A stretch of 64,000 nucleotides of DNA from Eledone cirrhosa (lineage: Eukaryota). How positions within the stretch are numbered: the stretch's first letter is position 1; every line of letters begins with the position of its first letter. A model generated the notes under the pieces. The model saw only the letters and a list, made by a program, of their open reading frames with translations. It made no database searches and was not told the origin of the DNA. Where the stretch lies: NCBI GenBank assembly GCA_964016885.1, contig OZ024742.1, forward strand, positions 105,338,001-105,402,000, read 5' to 3'. A program made the position numbers and the translations under genes. Positions 1 to 14,200 of this stretch are shown in pieces.

Positions 1-330
1 CTCTCCTGTTCATAATCTTTATAGAGAAGATTAACATGTACAGCTGGGTTGGAAGTGGTACTCAGACAGGTGGGTGTAGGGTCAGTCAGCAAGAATCTGT
101 AGATAACATGATATTACTTAACTCCTCAGAAGGTGATCTCCGACATGCACTTGATAGGTTTGATGCTGAGAACTACATCGCTGGAATAAAAATCAGCGCT
201 GCGAAAACTGAGACACTCATCCTCTCAAGGAGGCCTTCACAGTACACTTTACATGTGAGTGGAATTCCACTGAAGCAGGTGGAAAGTTCAAGTATGATGG
301 AAGGCAGGAGGCTGAACTTCTAAGCCAGGA
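1..330 (+). mobile_element. Degenerate RTE-clade (Expander/Rex3-like) LINE reverse transcriptase fragment
   Basis: Translates as LSCS/FIIF...VDNMILLNSSEGDLRHALDRFDAE...GIKISAAKTE, corresponding to RT domains 4-6 with a degenerate ADD. Confidence 0.7.
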
Positions 331-1956
331 GCAAGGATTTCTATGTCACAGAGGAGGGGTGTGTTTACAAATCTCGTTGTCCGAAGTTGAAGCTTGGCCT
401 ACTCTTAAAATACTGTTAGAATCTAGACATGGATAAGGAAGCTTCTCCATGATTTCAATCATTGGGACTTAGGATCAAAGAAGCTTTCATGTGAAGATGC
501 TTGTCAAATAATACTTGGTATTACCTGAGAATTCTACTAAACACTTCGAAGTATAGCTGAAAGATAATAGTTTCAAATTTAGGCACAAAGCCAATAATTT
601 GGAAGGGAAAAATTGATTATATCAACCCAGTGTTTAACTGGTACTTCATTTTATTGACCTTGGAAGGATGAAAGGCAAAATTTGAATTCAGAACAAATAC
701 TGCAGGGAATTTCTCTAACATGCCAACCCCCTGCCCTTTTATAGCCTAAAGATGATGATATTCACAAACTCCTTAGTCCAGAATAAGGACACATAACAAA
801 TTATAAGTGGAAATAAAATGAAACTTTAAAAAAAATGGTTTTCTTAATCGTTTATATACTTAATAAATGGCTAAATGTGGAAAACCAAAATTTTTTTTTT
901 AGTCCTTATAACAATTATGGAGGATAACTATTATCATCTTAACCGTTTAATGTTAATTTTATATTCTTGCATGGGTTCAACGAGTTGCCATCCTACGAGG
1001 CTGGAAACATCAGATGACCACGTCTTGCTCATACAATCCATTTTTGGAATGGTTTTCTACAGCTAGATACCCTTCATAATACCAACTACTTTACAGCATG
1101 TACTGGGAATATTTTTCATAGCACTAGTACTAACTGCCTTACAGAGTAGAACAATAACCTCATTACTAGATAGATATCTGTAGATACAGAATAGCCTAGT
1201 GGATAATGTACAGGATTAACAGTTCATGGATAATCAGTTGAAATTCACTCTAGGTGTTTCACTGTGATTCATCAAGACAAGACACTTTTATCCCACATGC
1301 TTGAGTTTATTTGGAGAAGGGGAATAAGAAGCAAAAACTCTGATAAATGTAACCAGATTAACATAATTTAGGGGTGTTTTTTTTTAACCTACTTTTATAT
1401 ATACCTAAACTTTAAATTCCACCTTACAATGAAGGCGCCAAATTGATCTGTAGAAAAAACAGTCAAATCATATTTGATCATCTTAAAAACAAAGGTAAAA
1501 TCTCATGCAAAATATGTGTGTGTGAAAGAGAAATTTCTTTGAAAGACCTGATACAAACTTTTTCATATGGAACTGAAAAAACAGTACGACATCTATACCT
1601 TTTCTTTGAATAATTGTGAAACTGACTTAGTTCCCCATAATGATCATTCAATTTTTTTACAGAAACAACAAAACTATAAATTTTATTGTAGGAGTGAATT
1701 GGTATTTACTACAATTCTTTCTTTCTTTTTGAGACCATTTGCAATAGAAGTGAAGCGAAGTGAAGTGAAATAGTTTCTGATAGGAATTGAAACCTACTCT
1801 GATAGGAATTGAAACCAAGTGCTCATCACTATAATTCTATGATTTTGATATCAAATCATCTGAAACTGCCCTTGATTCTATGATACAGAACTTTATTTTT
1901 ACATGTTTATAATAATCTAAAAACCTTTGTTAAGTTATGTTCCAAACACTAGCTTA

Positions 1957-2123
1957 ACTCTTAACATCCTGAAATGATTTAGCAGAAAATTTCTAGAAAC
2001 AAGTTTGTCAATTCAAATGTTTATAGTAGCTTTACTAGAGGAGAAGTCTTTAATTTTTAAGATGGTGCAGTTTTGAAGAACGACTTACTAATACAGTTTC
2101 ATGAGGTACAGGATCTTAAGAAT
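1957..2123. mobile_element. piggyBac-like MITE nested in an older repeat
   Basis: TTAA-ctcttaacatcctg ... caggatcttaagaa-TTAA, imperfect TIRs flanked by TTAA. Confidence 0.5.
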
Positions 2124-2639
2124 TAATAATGAGAAAGTTAGTCATATAAATAAATCCCTTCAAATTTTTGATTATTCTAAAAATAAATTGAAAACATTAG
2201 GCAGTGTTTTTCATTAGAAATATGGAAATAAAAGGATTAAGAGATGAAAAGGAGAAAAGGTATAACATGTTGAGTAGGAAATGGTAAGCTCTGGAGACAG
2301 ACAGAGAGGTGGAGAAAAATTAAATTAAAAAGATATACCAGAGATAACGATGAAGATAAGCAAAAAGAAGTTGATAATCAGTTATTGATTAGCCCCAGGT
2401 ACAACAATTCAATACACCTTTATTCAAAAATATTCTAAACATGATCATTTAGTCATTTTTTTTTCTTTGGCAGACTACACTATCTAATTAGAGGGAGATT
2501 TGGCTGCTATTTCTATCAGACTCCTTCAATGGTTTGTTACTATTCATCACCAGGTTTCCTTTCAGTGAGCAAACCTGATCTGATCAAAATAGTTTTTTTT
2601 TCCCAAGCAGTGTATCTACGACTAATTATCTACTATACT

Positions 2640-2935
2640 CACAACAAAAAGCACCCAGCCCACACTACAAAGTGGTCATTTTGGTGCCATGACAAAAAGC
2701 GTCTAGTCCACATGTAAAGTGGTTGTGTTGATGCCACAACAAAAAGCTCCCATCCCACACTGTAAAGTGATGGAGTTGGTGTCACAACAAAAAGCACCTG
2801 GTCCACAATGTAAAGTGGTCATGTTGGTGTCATGACAAAAAGCACCCAGTCTAAACTGTAAATGTGGTTGGCATTAGGAATGGCATCCAACAGTAGAAAA
2901 GACAAGCCAAAAACGTTACTGGTCATCAGACAGGT
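2640..2935 (+). repeat. Five tandem ~48-bp units running into a SINE/RTE-type 3' segment
   Basis: caYRACAAAAAGCacccagtccacactgtaaagtggt repeated five times, then tggttggcattaggaaKggcatcc. Confidence 0.75.
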
Positions 2936-3047
2936 TTCAGTAGTTTTCACCTACCAAATCACAAGGCATTGATATTTGGACATGAACATTTCATATGACT
3001 CAATATAAAACCCTGATTTATATATATACGTAATAAAGATCTAACAC

Positions 3048-3100
<53 letters not shown>

Positions 3101-3174
3101 CGTTTCTGAATTTGTTTAGCAAGATTCTTTATCTGAAAACGTGTGTTGAAACCGATATTGTTATACCAAAGCAT

Positions 3175-3216
<42 letters not shown>

Positions 3217-6200
3217 AAAAGTGTTAGATCTTTATTACGTATATTGAGGTGTAACGTGAATTTCGCGATTGATCAGCTCAAGGCTCTGGAATCAGAAGCT
3301 CATCAGAACTCTGTTATGGTAATGACAAAATCTTACAGTAACTGGACGTTACTATATATATATATGGCGAATTGGCAGAGTCACAGTTCAAATATCTCAG
3401 AGGTCAACTTTGCCTTTCATCCATTTAAGGTCAATAAAACTTGAGGCCCCGAAAAAATTGAAAAAAACGGTGTGTACATTTCCAAAATATAAGATAAAAA
3501 AGAACTAAAATAATGCAATAGTTTTAAACAGTTTTCTTTTTTAATATTGAACGTTCTGCAGTTTTTATAACATATAAAGGGCCACATTATCTCAAATAGC
3601 TTAGGGTCTCATCAAATCTAAATCCGGCCCTGCCCGTCGACACCCCAGGTAAAATCGGAAAGACAGCAGCCGGTCTAAGAAACTCTGGCCATTCTTCGCA
3701 CCAATATCTTTGTCTTTTTAGCAGCGGAGTACAGCTGAAACACCGCTCAGACTGGTGAGTAGAGTCTGTCGCTCCCTCCCACTCTCTTTCGTTACTTAAT
3801 CCCTTTTTTCTTACTCTCTTTTCTTCTATTTTTCCTTATTGTCATGCATATTGTGTAATGATTGCATTGTTATTAAATATTAGGTGTTAAAACAAATTAA
3901 ATTTATTTCGGTTTTAACAACTCACAAAGTATCAAATAACCAAGAGCTATGGTGGAAGCCGCTCTTTAGGATCGAATCTGGAACCACATCATTGCGAAGC
4001 AGATCTCTTAAACTCACAGCCATTGAAATTCTATTTATAGCAGTTCGAGTGAAAGCGTGAAAGAAACTGCCGTTCTCATTAACTGATCAATCAGTCTCAT
4101 AGTAAGGTTAAGAAAAATCAAATAGCATGTTCCTTACTTTTCACACACTATTTTCACGTGCCATATTTCTTTGCCATTGAACAAAATTTCAGTAGTCTTA
4201 ATTGATCAATGGCATGACAGAAGCAGACGAGACCGGTTGTTATATATTTATTTATTTATTCTACTGACAATTGTAAGACAACGATTGGTCGACGCCTCAA
4301 ATTTGCTGCGACCATTCCAGGCAACGGCGCCGTATTTGTAAATATGGCTGGCCCATTCCGGCCGGCTTCAGTCTCGTTGCTCTTCATAGCTAGCGATTAG
4401 ACAGTTTCGTTGTTGTTAAATAAATTTTGGCGTACGTAATTGTACTCTGCCAACTAGACCGTATGATGCTGCCATTCAAATACAGAGCATACTGAAACTC
4501 ATGTAATTATTAATGGTGTGCTAGCGGGCGGCATAGGGACGGACGCCTGGGTTGCAAGAATAAGGGGGCGGTGGAGGGAATAGCATCTGCTCACTTTTAT
4601 AGCTTATTTAACCTCATATTCGAGAGTACGCACTATATAACACACGCACAACAATTACCTATGTGTAGGAGAGAGAGCACGCACAAATATATGCATGTAT
4701 TTTAGACAGATTATAAATACGCAAACACGACACGCACCGATAGATACTTACACATAGCTAGATATATGCAAAACCGATACAATCCATATCACACGGATGG
4801 TAAGATACAAAATATATGCATTCTCAAGCTACGCAAACGCTCAGATTGCCACAAATAGCAGTCAAATTTCCTTTAAACACCCTACCGCCATAAAATAGGT
4901 CATTTGATTATTTGTTCCTACATACACTGTAACGGAAGAAAAAAAATACGTGGTGGTTATGGCTGGAACGCCCTTCGGTCACAGTTCTACTTGGCCAGAG
5001 TTGACATTGGGCCAAATATCATGCATTACTATAGCATAGGCAAACACAGACGTGTGTGTGTGTATAGATATATATACACACACTCATTATATGGGTGTGT
5101 GCGTACGTGCAGGCACGCCACTTTATTACAAGTTATATCATTCATCATGCTAAAATAAATGTGAAGCAGAAAGCAGAGCTAATCTCGGTTTCGATTCCTG
5201 GTCGTTACCATTTCACTTAATTTATGTTACTAAAAGCATTACTCATTTTCACGCTCTTTCCTATAAATCAGCGGCTTTTTAATAGTGTAATCATGGCCCT
5301 GTAATTAAGAAATTCGTGACAGAGCACGCTGACTCCCTGGTTTTTTCATCTTATTCCAGAATCGTGATTTCATGGGTTTAAAACAGCAATGCAAATAAAT
5401 GTTTGAAATAATTATTTCTTTTTATTTATATAGTTATAGTTACAAGAGGCTGGCTTATTCCGAATCTTGACAGAAATATGGTTTAGAGTTCGATCTCACT
5501 GTTCGACACCATGGACTTATACAAGTGTCTTAAAATATAGCCTCAGGCGGAACAAATTATCTTGAGAGGAATCCGATACACATTCTCGTAGATAATGCGC
5601 ATTTTTCCACTAAAAAGGTTGCGAGAAAGAGCGCATGCGACTTTTATGTGTAAATGTATATTTTTGTAACGATTCTTTAAAATATAGATTTTTTTTCTTC
5701 TTAAAAAATATGAAAATTGATAGGAGAGAGGGAATAGATGTTAAGGCGTTCATACTGCTCTCCTACAAAAGTCAAAGAGGGTGTAATTTAAACGGTTCCG
5801 AGTGTTAATCAATTATAAGCAAATAGCACCTGTGACATTTTTGTTTCTTATGCGTTATCTAAGTGCAAGACCACAAATATTTATAAGTGAGGGAGAAGTT
5901 AAGATTAAATTACATTTAAACCATTCGCGAGAGAAATAACGATGAATGATTAAAAAAGAAAACGGTTAATAGCCGGTATATTAAAGCAATATTTGAAGAA
6001 GAAAAAAATATTGAAGTCGGCACCACCTTGAATTGAACTTAGAACTGAGTGAATGAAGACTCGAAACGTATTGAAACCGACTACATTCTCTCGACCATGC
6101 AATATGAATTCCTTTACAGGCATGAGATTTTGGATGTAAAGCAAACGAGAAATAGAAAATAATTTCGTTCACGGATTCCTCGGAATTGCTAACCATATCC

Positions 6201-6359
6201 ATGAACTTGTTTCGGTTATAAATCGAACCGGGGTGAATTCATTGCACTTTTTATTTGATTAGGTGATGTAAGAAAGAATGAATGGTCTATATATAATATA
6301 CATGACTGCTTACCAACCTACCTGGGAAGCATTTAGTGTGTATGTATGTATGTATAAGG

Positions 6360-6810
6360 GCAAAGGAGCTCTTAAGACTCAATGGCCATCCAAAATCACC
6401 GGGAGAGATGACCCCTTAGCCTTTGTCAAGGCAGAATTCTAGAAGGAAAACTCTGATATAACACCTGCAACCCTGATGGTATCCAATGATGTTGACTTGT
6501 TCTTCTTTTTGGTAAATATCATCTTGGTTAAGAGAGTGGGACTGGCTTTGTGCAGTGCCTTTGCTCACTATAAAAGCTTCACGGCACAGGCATTGCTTTA
6601 TATCTGGAGATCTCTCTGCACTTGTCGTCACATGGTACCATGGGCCCAGCACTATGTGTCAATAATTGTCACAAGTGTAGTGTTTGTACCAGAGTTTTCA
6701 AGTCGCTGGCTGGACTAAAAAGTCACTCGTTCAGCGCATCGGTAGCGGTTCTCCTACATGGATATAAAGTAGTGGCCGTACTCGAAAACGAGTTGGCAGC
6801 CACCATATAT
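6360..6810 (+). mobile_element. RTE LINE 3' fragment with C2H2 finger
   Basis: CSVCTRVFKSLAGLKSH in a stop-ridden context, ending at a TA/CA microsatellite. Confidence 0.5.
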
Positions 6811-9800
6811 ATACATACACACACACACGACCCAGTTTTATTGGAGAATTTGGAGGGACAATCAAGTGAGACACATACATACTATATAATTTGATCAAGA
6901 ATGCATCGATTGTGAGCAAAAAAGCAAATATACCCAAGTGTTTTTCATGTGATAAAAGAAAAATATTGATATATTTGGTGAATTGTTACCAATTCATATT
7001 ATGATGTTGAATATTTTAGTTTTTAATTCATTCAATTTGGGTGGAGTGTAATAATTTTCTATTACGCTACACATATTTTATTTATATATATATGTATATA
7101 TATGTGTGTGTTCGGTAAAATGTATATATATATTGTAAGCGTTAAATATAAACTCTAATCGAGATAAAAGCACACAGCTATAGGATTGTTCTAGTGGCGA
7201 ATTGAGTTATAAGGTAAAATTTAACCAGTTAAAAAACCCTACTAAAATAGATATTTCAACATGATCTGAATAATAAACAAAATATTTATTAATAACCTTT
7301 TTCAGAGATTTAGAAAACAAATAATATTTCGAGTATTCATAACTGAGGTGTGAAGCGAGTACGCTTGGAAATATGACCCACATGCCAGCCAGTTATGTCC
7401 TAAGACAGCAGGGTTTATATATAATTTGTTTCTTTTCCCTTTATCTCGTTTTCTCTGAATAAATGCAACCCCTTTATAAACTCCCACCTCAAATATTGTC
7501 CCCATTTATTCACTGATTACAGGTGTTAGGTGTATAAGGGAAAGAAATCATGTTTTTTCTCTGCCTACCATAACATCATTGATTTTCTTTTTTCAACAGT
7601 TTAGGGTGTGAAACCTACTTTCATCACTAGCCATCTCTTAGTATCTTTTTTTCTTTTTCCTTTATGATAAACATACACACACATTATATATATGTGTGTG
7701 TGTGTTTGTAAATTCTTATCACACCCGTCTTGGAAAGATGGGTGTAATAGTAAATGTAGTTAGTTGATTATAATTTCGAAGGGGAAATTGATGTTTTCCT
7801 ATTATTTGCTTTGAACGAATAGGGTCCCAAAAACCGTCGTAAATTACTCGTTTTCAGGTGTTTCTCCACAGATTAGCAGAGAAGAATAAGTTATTGGACA
7901 TTCATATTAAATTCTTCAAGACGAATTCATCAAAATCATCGTTCGCGAACCCCCTGAATTATCACATCCATTAAATTATACAAAGTCAAGAATATACCAA
8001 ATGTATAATCAGCTGCAGGCCAATAATTGGATCTCTACGTGGTCCGTGGATCGACTAGAAATAATAGCTGAACTCCCTAAAATTACACCCGACCGTCATA
8101 AAATAGGAAGGTGACACGTTAGACAATGTAGTCTTAGATATACAAAAAGACATGATGGTCGAGGCTGGAATGCCTTTAATCAAAAGTCTGCTCAATCCGG
8201 GCTGATCTGATGTTAACATATTCACAGCCAAATCAGATAAATGTATCTCCCCATATATAAAGAGAAATCCCTCACCATTTTAAACAGAATTATATAGCCA
8301 AAATTATATATACTGTACACCCAAAAAGCATGTATTTAATTGGTTCAATGTGTGAATGCTCTCCCAATAAAGGAATAAAATGATTACGATGTGTTGTTCT
8401 CAAACATATTCGACACTCTTATTTGCAGTGATCCCCTCGCTCCTCCACCCTACTCCTATTCTATAATTCACCCAGCTGGTAGTAAATAACCCTCGCATGA
8501 CTTGCAATTATTTCACTAGGATCGATAGAGAAATTTATTACAATGCTAAAGCTAACTCAACAAATATATATATATATATATCCTTTCTCTTTATTGATGT
8601 AATTTTAACACCATGTCTTCCAACTGATACGATTGAAACTAAGCTGGTAAATAAAATAAAAATCCGTACGTCTTTAGCCAGAAAATATGCAACAGAGCTT
8701 TAATTAAAACAAATAATAATAATAATAAATATATTTGTAAAGCTTACTTACATTTCCCGGTCAGGCGAAAAAATAATTAAATAAATATAAAAGTTGATTT
8801 GGGTTTAACTAAACCATAGCTCCGTGCTGGTTTTTAACTTAACATCGATATTTCGAGTAGAACCATTGATCAGAGGAAACATCAGAATTGCTAGACGAAA
8901 TAAGTCCCTCTACTCGACATCTTCAGTATATGGTTGAATAGTTATTATAGCAAGCTTGGCATGAAAATGTGTAAAAGCAATGTGTTGGGTAGCATTCAAA
9001 AGGCATGCGGTGCTGTTGAGATTGTCGATCTCGGTTACCACCCTTACTTCTGTTGTCGATAGGAGGCAGAGCGCGCACTTAGCAACGCCTGCTCTCTTTC
9101 CCCCTCTCTATCTTTAATTATCTCTTCCTCTCTCTATCTGCTTAGCTACGGTCGATTGAAATACTACTACTTACATCGTCCGTCACGTCAAGCTTTAAAC
9201 ACCAAATACAAATACCCTTGTCATATCTTCATCCTTCGTGTCTTTAACATTGTTCTGCCATTGACTCCTCTTTTTTTTTTATAATTTTCCTTAGCATCTT
9301 TAAAGATGCCAAGGAAAATTATAAAATAATATGGATGACAGATCATCTTTGCGAAGAATTCAATCTTGTAACCAGGACAGGCTAATAGAACTTTAAAAGG
9401 ACAGGATTGAATGGGATTTTTTCTTCCCCCGACACACTAAAAATTTGATTGTCTTTCTTGCAACAATAAAGTGTATATTTTTAATCGTTTGTAATGACTT
9501 TTTTAACATTAATTCTAAGAAATCGATCAAAATAAAGTACAAGTCAAATACTAGTGTGGATTTAGTCAACTTTGCCGTTCAACAAAAATTACAAGTCTTG
9601 TGCCGAATTTCGAAATTAATATAAAGTGTAAGAAATACTTTCTTGTATTCATTTGCCTTCTCTTGTTTTTCCTGAAGCAATATAGAGCGCCGCATTGTGT
9701 CTCGATCTTCTGCGGGTAGTAGTGTTCATTTTTTCCCCCAGATTGAACTCGTTAGGTAAAATATGTTTTACTATGAATGTGTTGGGCTATATCACAATAA

Positions 9801-10340
9801 CATTGCCTTTAGTCAACAGATGGAAATTTCATGGAAAGCAATTGGTAAAGTTTAAAATATTGGACAAATTCTGGGAAATTTTCAATAAACGGAAGACATC
9901 CACAAAGTAAACAATCATATCTAGGATGAGCCAACGAATAGGGACATTTTGCTCGACTTGCTAGAAATGACAACTATATTTCTCTCCCAAATCACACCAT
10001 ACTGTCTTTTTTAAAAGGACTCACAATGTCTGGAAAAAAAACTCGAGTGGTGGAAAAAGAGAAAACTAGTTGTTTACGACGGTTTTGAAAGCTATATTCG
10101 TTCAAAAGTGGAAAAACAAATTTTCACTTCCAAAATTCTAACCAAAGCTATCAACCAACTACCCTTAAATATGCTTTTATTGCTGTCACGGCGGCGGGTG
10201 TGATAATTAAAAAGATAGCAAAAAATTGATGATCCTAGTTGGAATGCCGTTGACCAGAGGTCTGTTTGATCAAGGCAAAGTTGGAACTAAACAACATTAA
10301 ACAATTAATGTTCAGGAATTATTAGTAAACGGCCATATAA

Positions 10341-10725
10341 GGGCGGTAGATTGGCAGTATCGTCAGAACGTTGGACATGCTTTGCGGCATATAGTTACGG
10401 CCCTTTACATTCTGAGTTCAAATCCGCTGAGGTTAGCATTTGCATTTCATGCTAAAATAAAGCACCAGTAACGTACTGAGGTCGATTTAATCAACTTTCC
10501 CCTCCCCCTAAATTGCTGGCCTTGTTATTAAATCAGAAAACATTGGCAGTATCGGTAGAGGGTCGGACGCCATGCTTTGACGCATAGAGTTACGGTCCTT
10601 GCCATTCTGAGTTCAAACCCCGCCGATGTTAACTTTGTCTTTCATCCTTACGGGGTCGATAAAATAAAGTACCAGTAATGTACTAGGTATTTGCTGGCGT
10701 TATGCCAAAAGTAGAAACAATTATT
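10341..10725 (+). mobile_element. Two tandem tRNA-derived SINEs (core resembles the Meta/MESC domain)
   Basis: A-box-like TTGGCAGTATCGGTAGAG, B-box GAGTTCAAA, core ctttcatccttacggggtcgataaaataaagtaccag and (ATT)n tail. Confidence 0.8.
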
Positions 10726-10826
10726 AGTAAACGGCCAACACTATAAATACATAATGCAAAAAAGTTGTGGGTCTGTCGCCAGACCCTCTCAGGCTGGTGA
10801 TATCGACCTAATTAATGTGATGGTTG

Positions 10827-12891
10827 TATAACAGAAAACTGGTGTGTATGAATACAACAAAAGTCTCAGTTGTGTATATAACGTTTAATTAACAAGTTGA
10901 GGTTATGTAGAACAGTATCGTTGACATGTCAATGAGTAGTAGATGAAAGAATGAAGTAAAGTTATTTGTTACCGTTTTGAAGTTAGCTCGCAAGAGACCA
11001 TGTTAGGGTTGCCAGACGAACGCGCCTGGCCGAAGGGCCAGGCAGGTTAGAGGGCCAGGAGCCGAAAGGCAAATGAGAGGTAGAGATCGCTCTGAGTATC
11101 CCTTTTATAGGGTCTCAAGACGGAAGTGACAAAAAGGGTTCTGCCACCCCAACGGGAAGTAACTCCAGCTACTTCCTGTCTAGAGAGCGTTAATCTATTG
11201 GTGATGCGATCGTCACAAGGGAGGCAACTCTTGCTACATTATCCCCCGCCAGATTTTTAAAACATAAAAATCGAATGAAACATGTATGGAGTAAGATGGC
11301 GAGCATGTAACGCATGAAAATTACGAAAAAAATAATGTTTGCAATAAAAGGAAAACAGCAAAATATATGCATGCAAAATCAATGATAGATATCAAGGTAG
11401 CCAACCGCTCTTGGCCAGAGAACGATTGGACATCTATCTATCCGTCACTCAAAGATACAATGTAATCAAAGTATAAGAAGAGGTCAAAGTTCAAATGTTC
11501 AAAATACTGTTCACAGGTGTGCAATCACACGACAGCAGGAAAGAAAGTGTGTCCTCCAGAGAATGTATGCAGGTGGTCTCTAGACTGTGGTACAACGTGA
11601 AATTCGGTGGGATTTTCTCACAGGAAGAGTGCTGCAAAAATAAATTCTCTGGCTTGTTCTGCTGGTTTTGGTTGTTGATGAAGCTGTGTTGTTGTCTCGC
11701 GGAGTGAGCGTATTCGATGCTGTTTAAATTCACAGTAAAAATTTTCACAGAAAAAAATGAGTTGCGCAAAGTATTAGAAATAACAGCCACAGTTGATGGT
11801 CGATGTTGAGAATGCGTTGACCTGGAAGGGTCAAGAGGCCAGCGACCAAAGAAATAAGCATTCTGAATAAATGCGCAGTTTTCAACGGCAAATTTACGAG
11901 GTCAATTTTTAATCCGGCAAATATGAGAATATAGCTTAAGGCTGGAGAATCCTTGGCAAGGAACATTATCTATGGCGTGTGTTATCTCAGTGAGTCGAGA
12001 TGTGTGCTCCCCACATGTGCCGAAACAAGGTTAAAGTCAAGTTGAAAAAAAAAAATTTCTATTGCGCAAGAAAATGATAGTGCAACAAATCGTTGGCAGC
12101 CATTTTGAAAAATTTGTGTGTGAACGTGATAATATGATGAAAAAGAAAGAAAGGCTTCACTTAGTATAACAAATATGGCGAGTTCAATTTTTTTTGTGAA
12201 CGATGAAAAAAAAAAACTTGGTGGAAAGAATAAGCAATAGTTGAAATTCAGCAAAAATAAATGTTCATGTTGAAAAAGAGTCTGTCTGAACGAGAATTTC
12301 ACATGTGCGTGTGTTCGTTTCTGTGTCTGCGAATTGTTCCTAGTTTGTTAATAAAGTTTGCTGCGTATTCGAAATGTTGGTCGACACATTCCAACGAAAA
12401 TGGGGTACTGCTAATTAATTTTTTTTATATATATTCACACAACACCAGATCCTATCATTTTTTTCTTTTTTCGGGGTCACCACTTATAACAGAAAACTAG
12501 TGTGTATGAATACAACAAAAGTCTCAGTTGTGTATATAACGTTTAATTAACAAGTTGAGGTTATGTAGAACAGTATCGTTGACATGTCAATGAGTAGTAG
12601 ATGAAAGAATGAAGTAAAGTTATTTGTTACCGTTTTGAAGTTAGCTCGCAAGAGGCCATGTCAGGGTTGCCAGACAAACGCGCCTGGCCGAAGGGCCAGG
12701 CAGGTTAGAAGGCCAGGAGCCAAAAGGCAAATGAGAGGTAGAGATCGCTCTGAGTATCCCTTTCTCAAGACGAAAGTGACAAAAAGGGTTCTGCCACCCC
12801 AACGGGATGTAACTCCAGCTACTTCCTGTCTAGAGAGCGTTAACCCATTGGTGATGTGATCGTCACGACAAGGGAGGCAACTCTTGCTACA
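10827..12891 (-). mobile_element. Complete non-autonomous LTR element (Gypsy-like)
   Basis: Near-identical LTRs at 10827-11238 and 12485-12891, with a GTTG TSD on both sides. PBS TGGTGACCCCGA (tRNA-Trp) at 12471-12482 and PPT GGCGGGGGATAA at 11239-11250, both on the minus strand. Confidence 0.92.
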
Positions 12892-13074
12892 GTTGCAAGA
12901 AAAAAATCGGCTTGATGTGATGGAGTGGGATGGGTACAGAGGTCTGACTTGAGCATAGTGATTAGTGCAGGACTTGGTGTGATGAGCACAATATGAATGA
13001 CGAGAGGAGGAGGGCCCATTAAGAGAGTGCCTGAAAAAGAACTATAAGCATTGTATTATATTTCCACGATGTAT

Positions 13075-13260
13075 TGGCAGTATCAGTAGAGGTTCGGACG
13101 CCATGCTTTGCAGCATAGAGTTACGGCCCTTCACGGTCTGAGCTCAAATCCCATCGAGGTTCACTTTGCCTTTCATCCTTATGGGGTCGATAAAATAAAG
13201 TACCAGTAATGTACTGAGATAATTGCTGGCCTTGTGCCAAAAGTAGAAACAATTATTATA
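13075..13260 (+). mobile_element. tRNA-derived SINE
   Basis: Same head, core and tail as 10544-10725. Confidence 0.8.
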
Positions 13261-13999
13261 TTTCCCTTTTTTATACAACAGTGAATAAAACCTTCAAAAT
13301 TATAATCAGTAGCAATAGAATAAGTGGAAAGAGGTGACATACATCGTTATGCCAGGGATAAGCTGTCCTGGAAGGTTTCAGTTCCTACTAATCACTTTTT
13401 TTCAGAAATTCTCTCATGAAAGACACAAACTCTAGATATCATATCTCCTAATGAATATTGCTAATTAACAAAGGGTGTAGTGTAGGCAGGAGCAATTACG
13501 ATTATCTGGTCACCTGTGCTATTGTATTCTATATTTTGAAGCATTGTCGAGGGCATACGGGGTGGGGTTTTGGACATACACACACACATATATATATAGT
13601 ACAAAAGTGTACAAAATGCTGAGCCCCAAAGTAATGATAAAGGAACTAAAAAAATAAAGAAAACGTTGCTGGAAATGTCCTATCCAATTCATGCACGGAT
13701 AATAATGAATGAGGTTAACCTGCTGGAAATCTAGATGTTTCAGTGACTGTTCACTTTATCAAATTCTGTTGAACTAAAAATAGCTCCTCATTTAGCCACA
13801 TAATATAAGACTGTTGTTGACATTACAAGTAGTTAGTATATAAATCACCCAGGGATGGACAATGGAATAAAGGGGTCACTTTATATATCAACAACGAATA
13901 ATAACTATCTAAGAATGATTGCAAAAAATACCATAGTTCTAATGAAATAGACTGTCTAAGATGTTCAAATAATTTTGAAAGTCAATTACCACTGTTTAC

Positions 14000-14200
14000 A
14001 GGCAAAAACCAACCAGCAAGAGACTCAGGGGTAGACCTCAAGCAAGATGGTTGGATAACATCCATGAGCTTGGCTGGTCTCGTTTGGGGATCCAACCGAA
14101 TTAGTTGAAGACGGTTGTTTCTGACAGGACCCACTGGAAGGAGTGTTTGAGGACTCTGAGCCCACAACCCTCTCAGGATTAAGTGGGTGAAGAAGAAAAA
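14000..14200 (+). mobile_element. RTE/Expander-like LINE 3' end
   Basis: KRLRGRPQARWLDNI...DRTHWKECL, then a (GAA)n tail. Confidence 0.65.

Noticed and set aside
2640-2880. CRISPR-like regular repeats
   Set aside because: Whole units are similar with no unique spacers, the context is a eukaryotic SINE and there are no cas genes.
5950-6240. Short ORFs in unique-looking sequence
   Set aside because: No recognisable motif or consistent splice sites. It could be UTR but I cannot support that.
8845-8930. Minus-strand CTGAAGA...GAAA hammerhead candidate
   Set aside because: Stem II is offset by 4 nt and there is no stem I or NUH pairing. It is better explained as a short inverted repeat.
8980-9250. 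Possible solo LTR (TG...CA)
   Set aside because: No matching TSD found for any candidate start.
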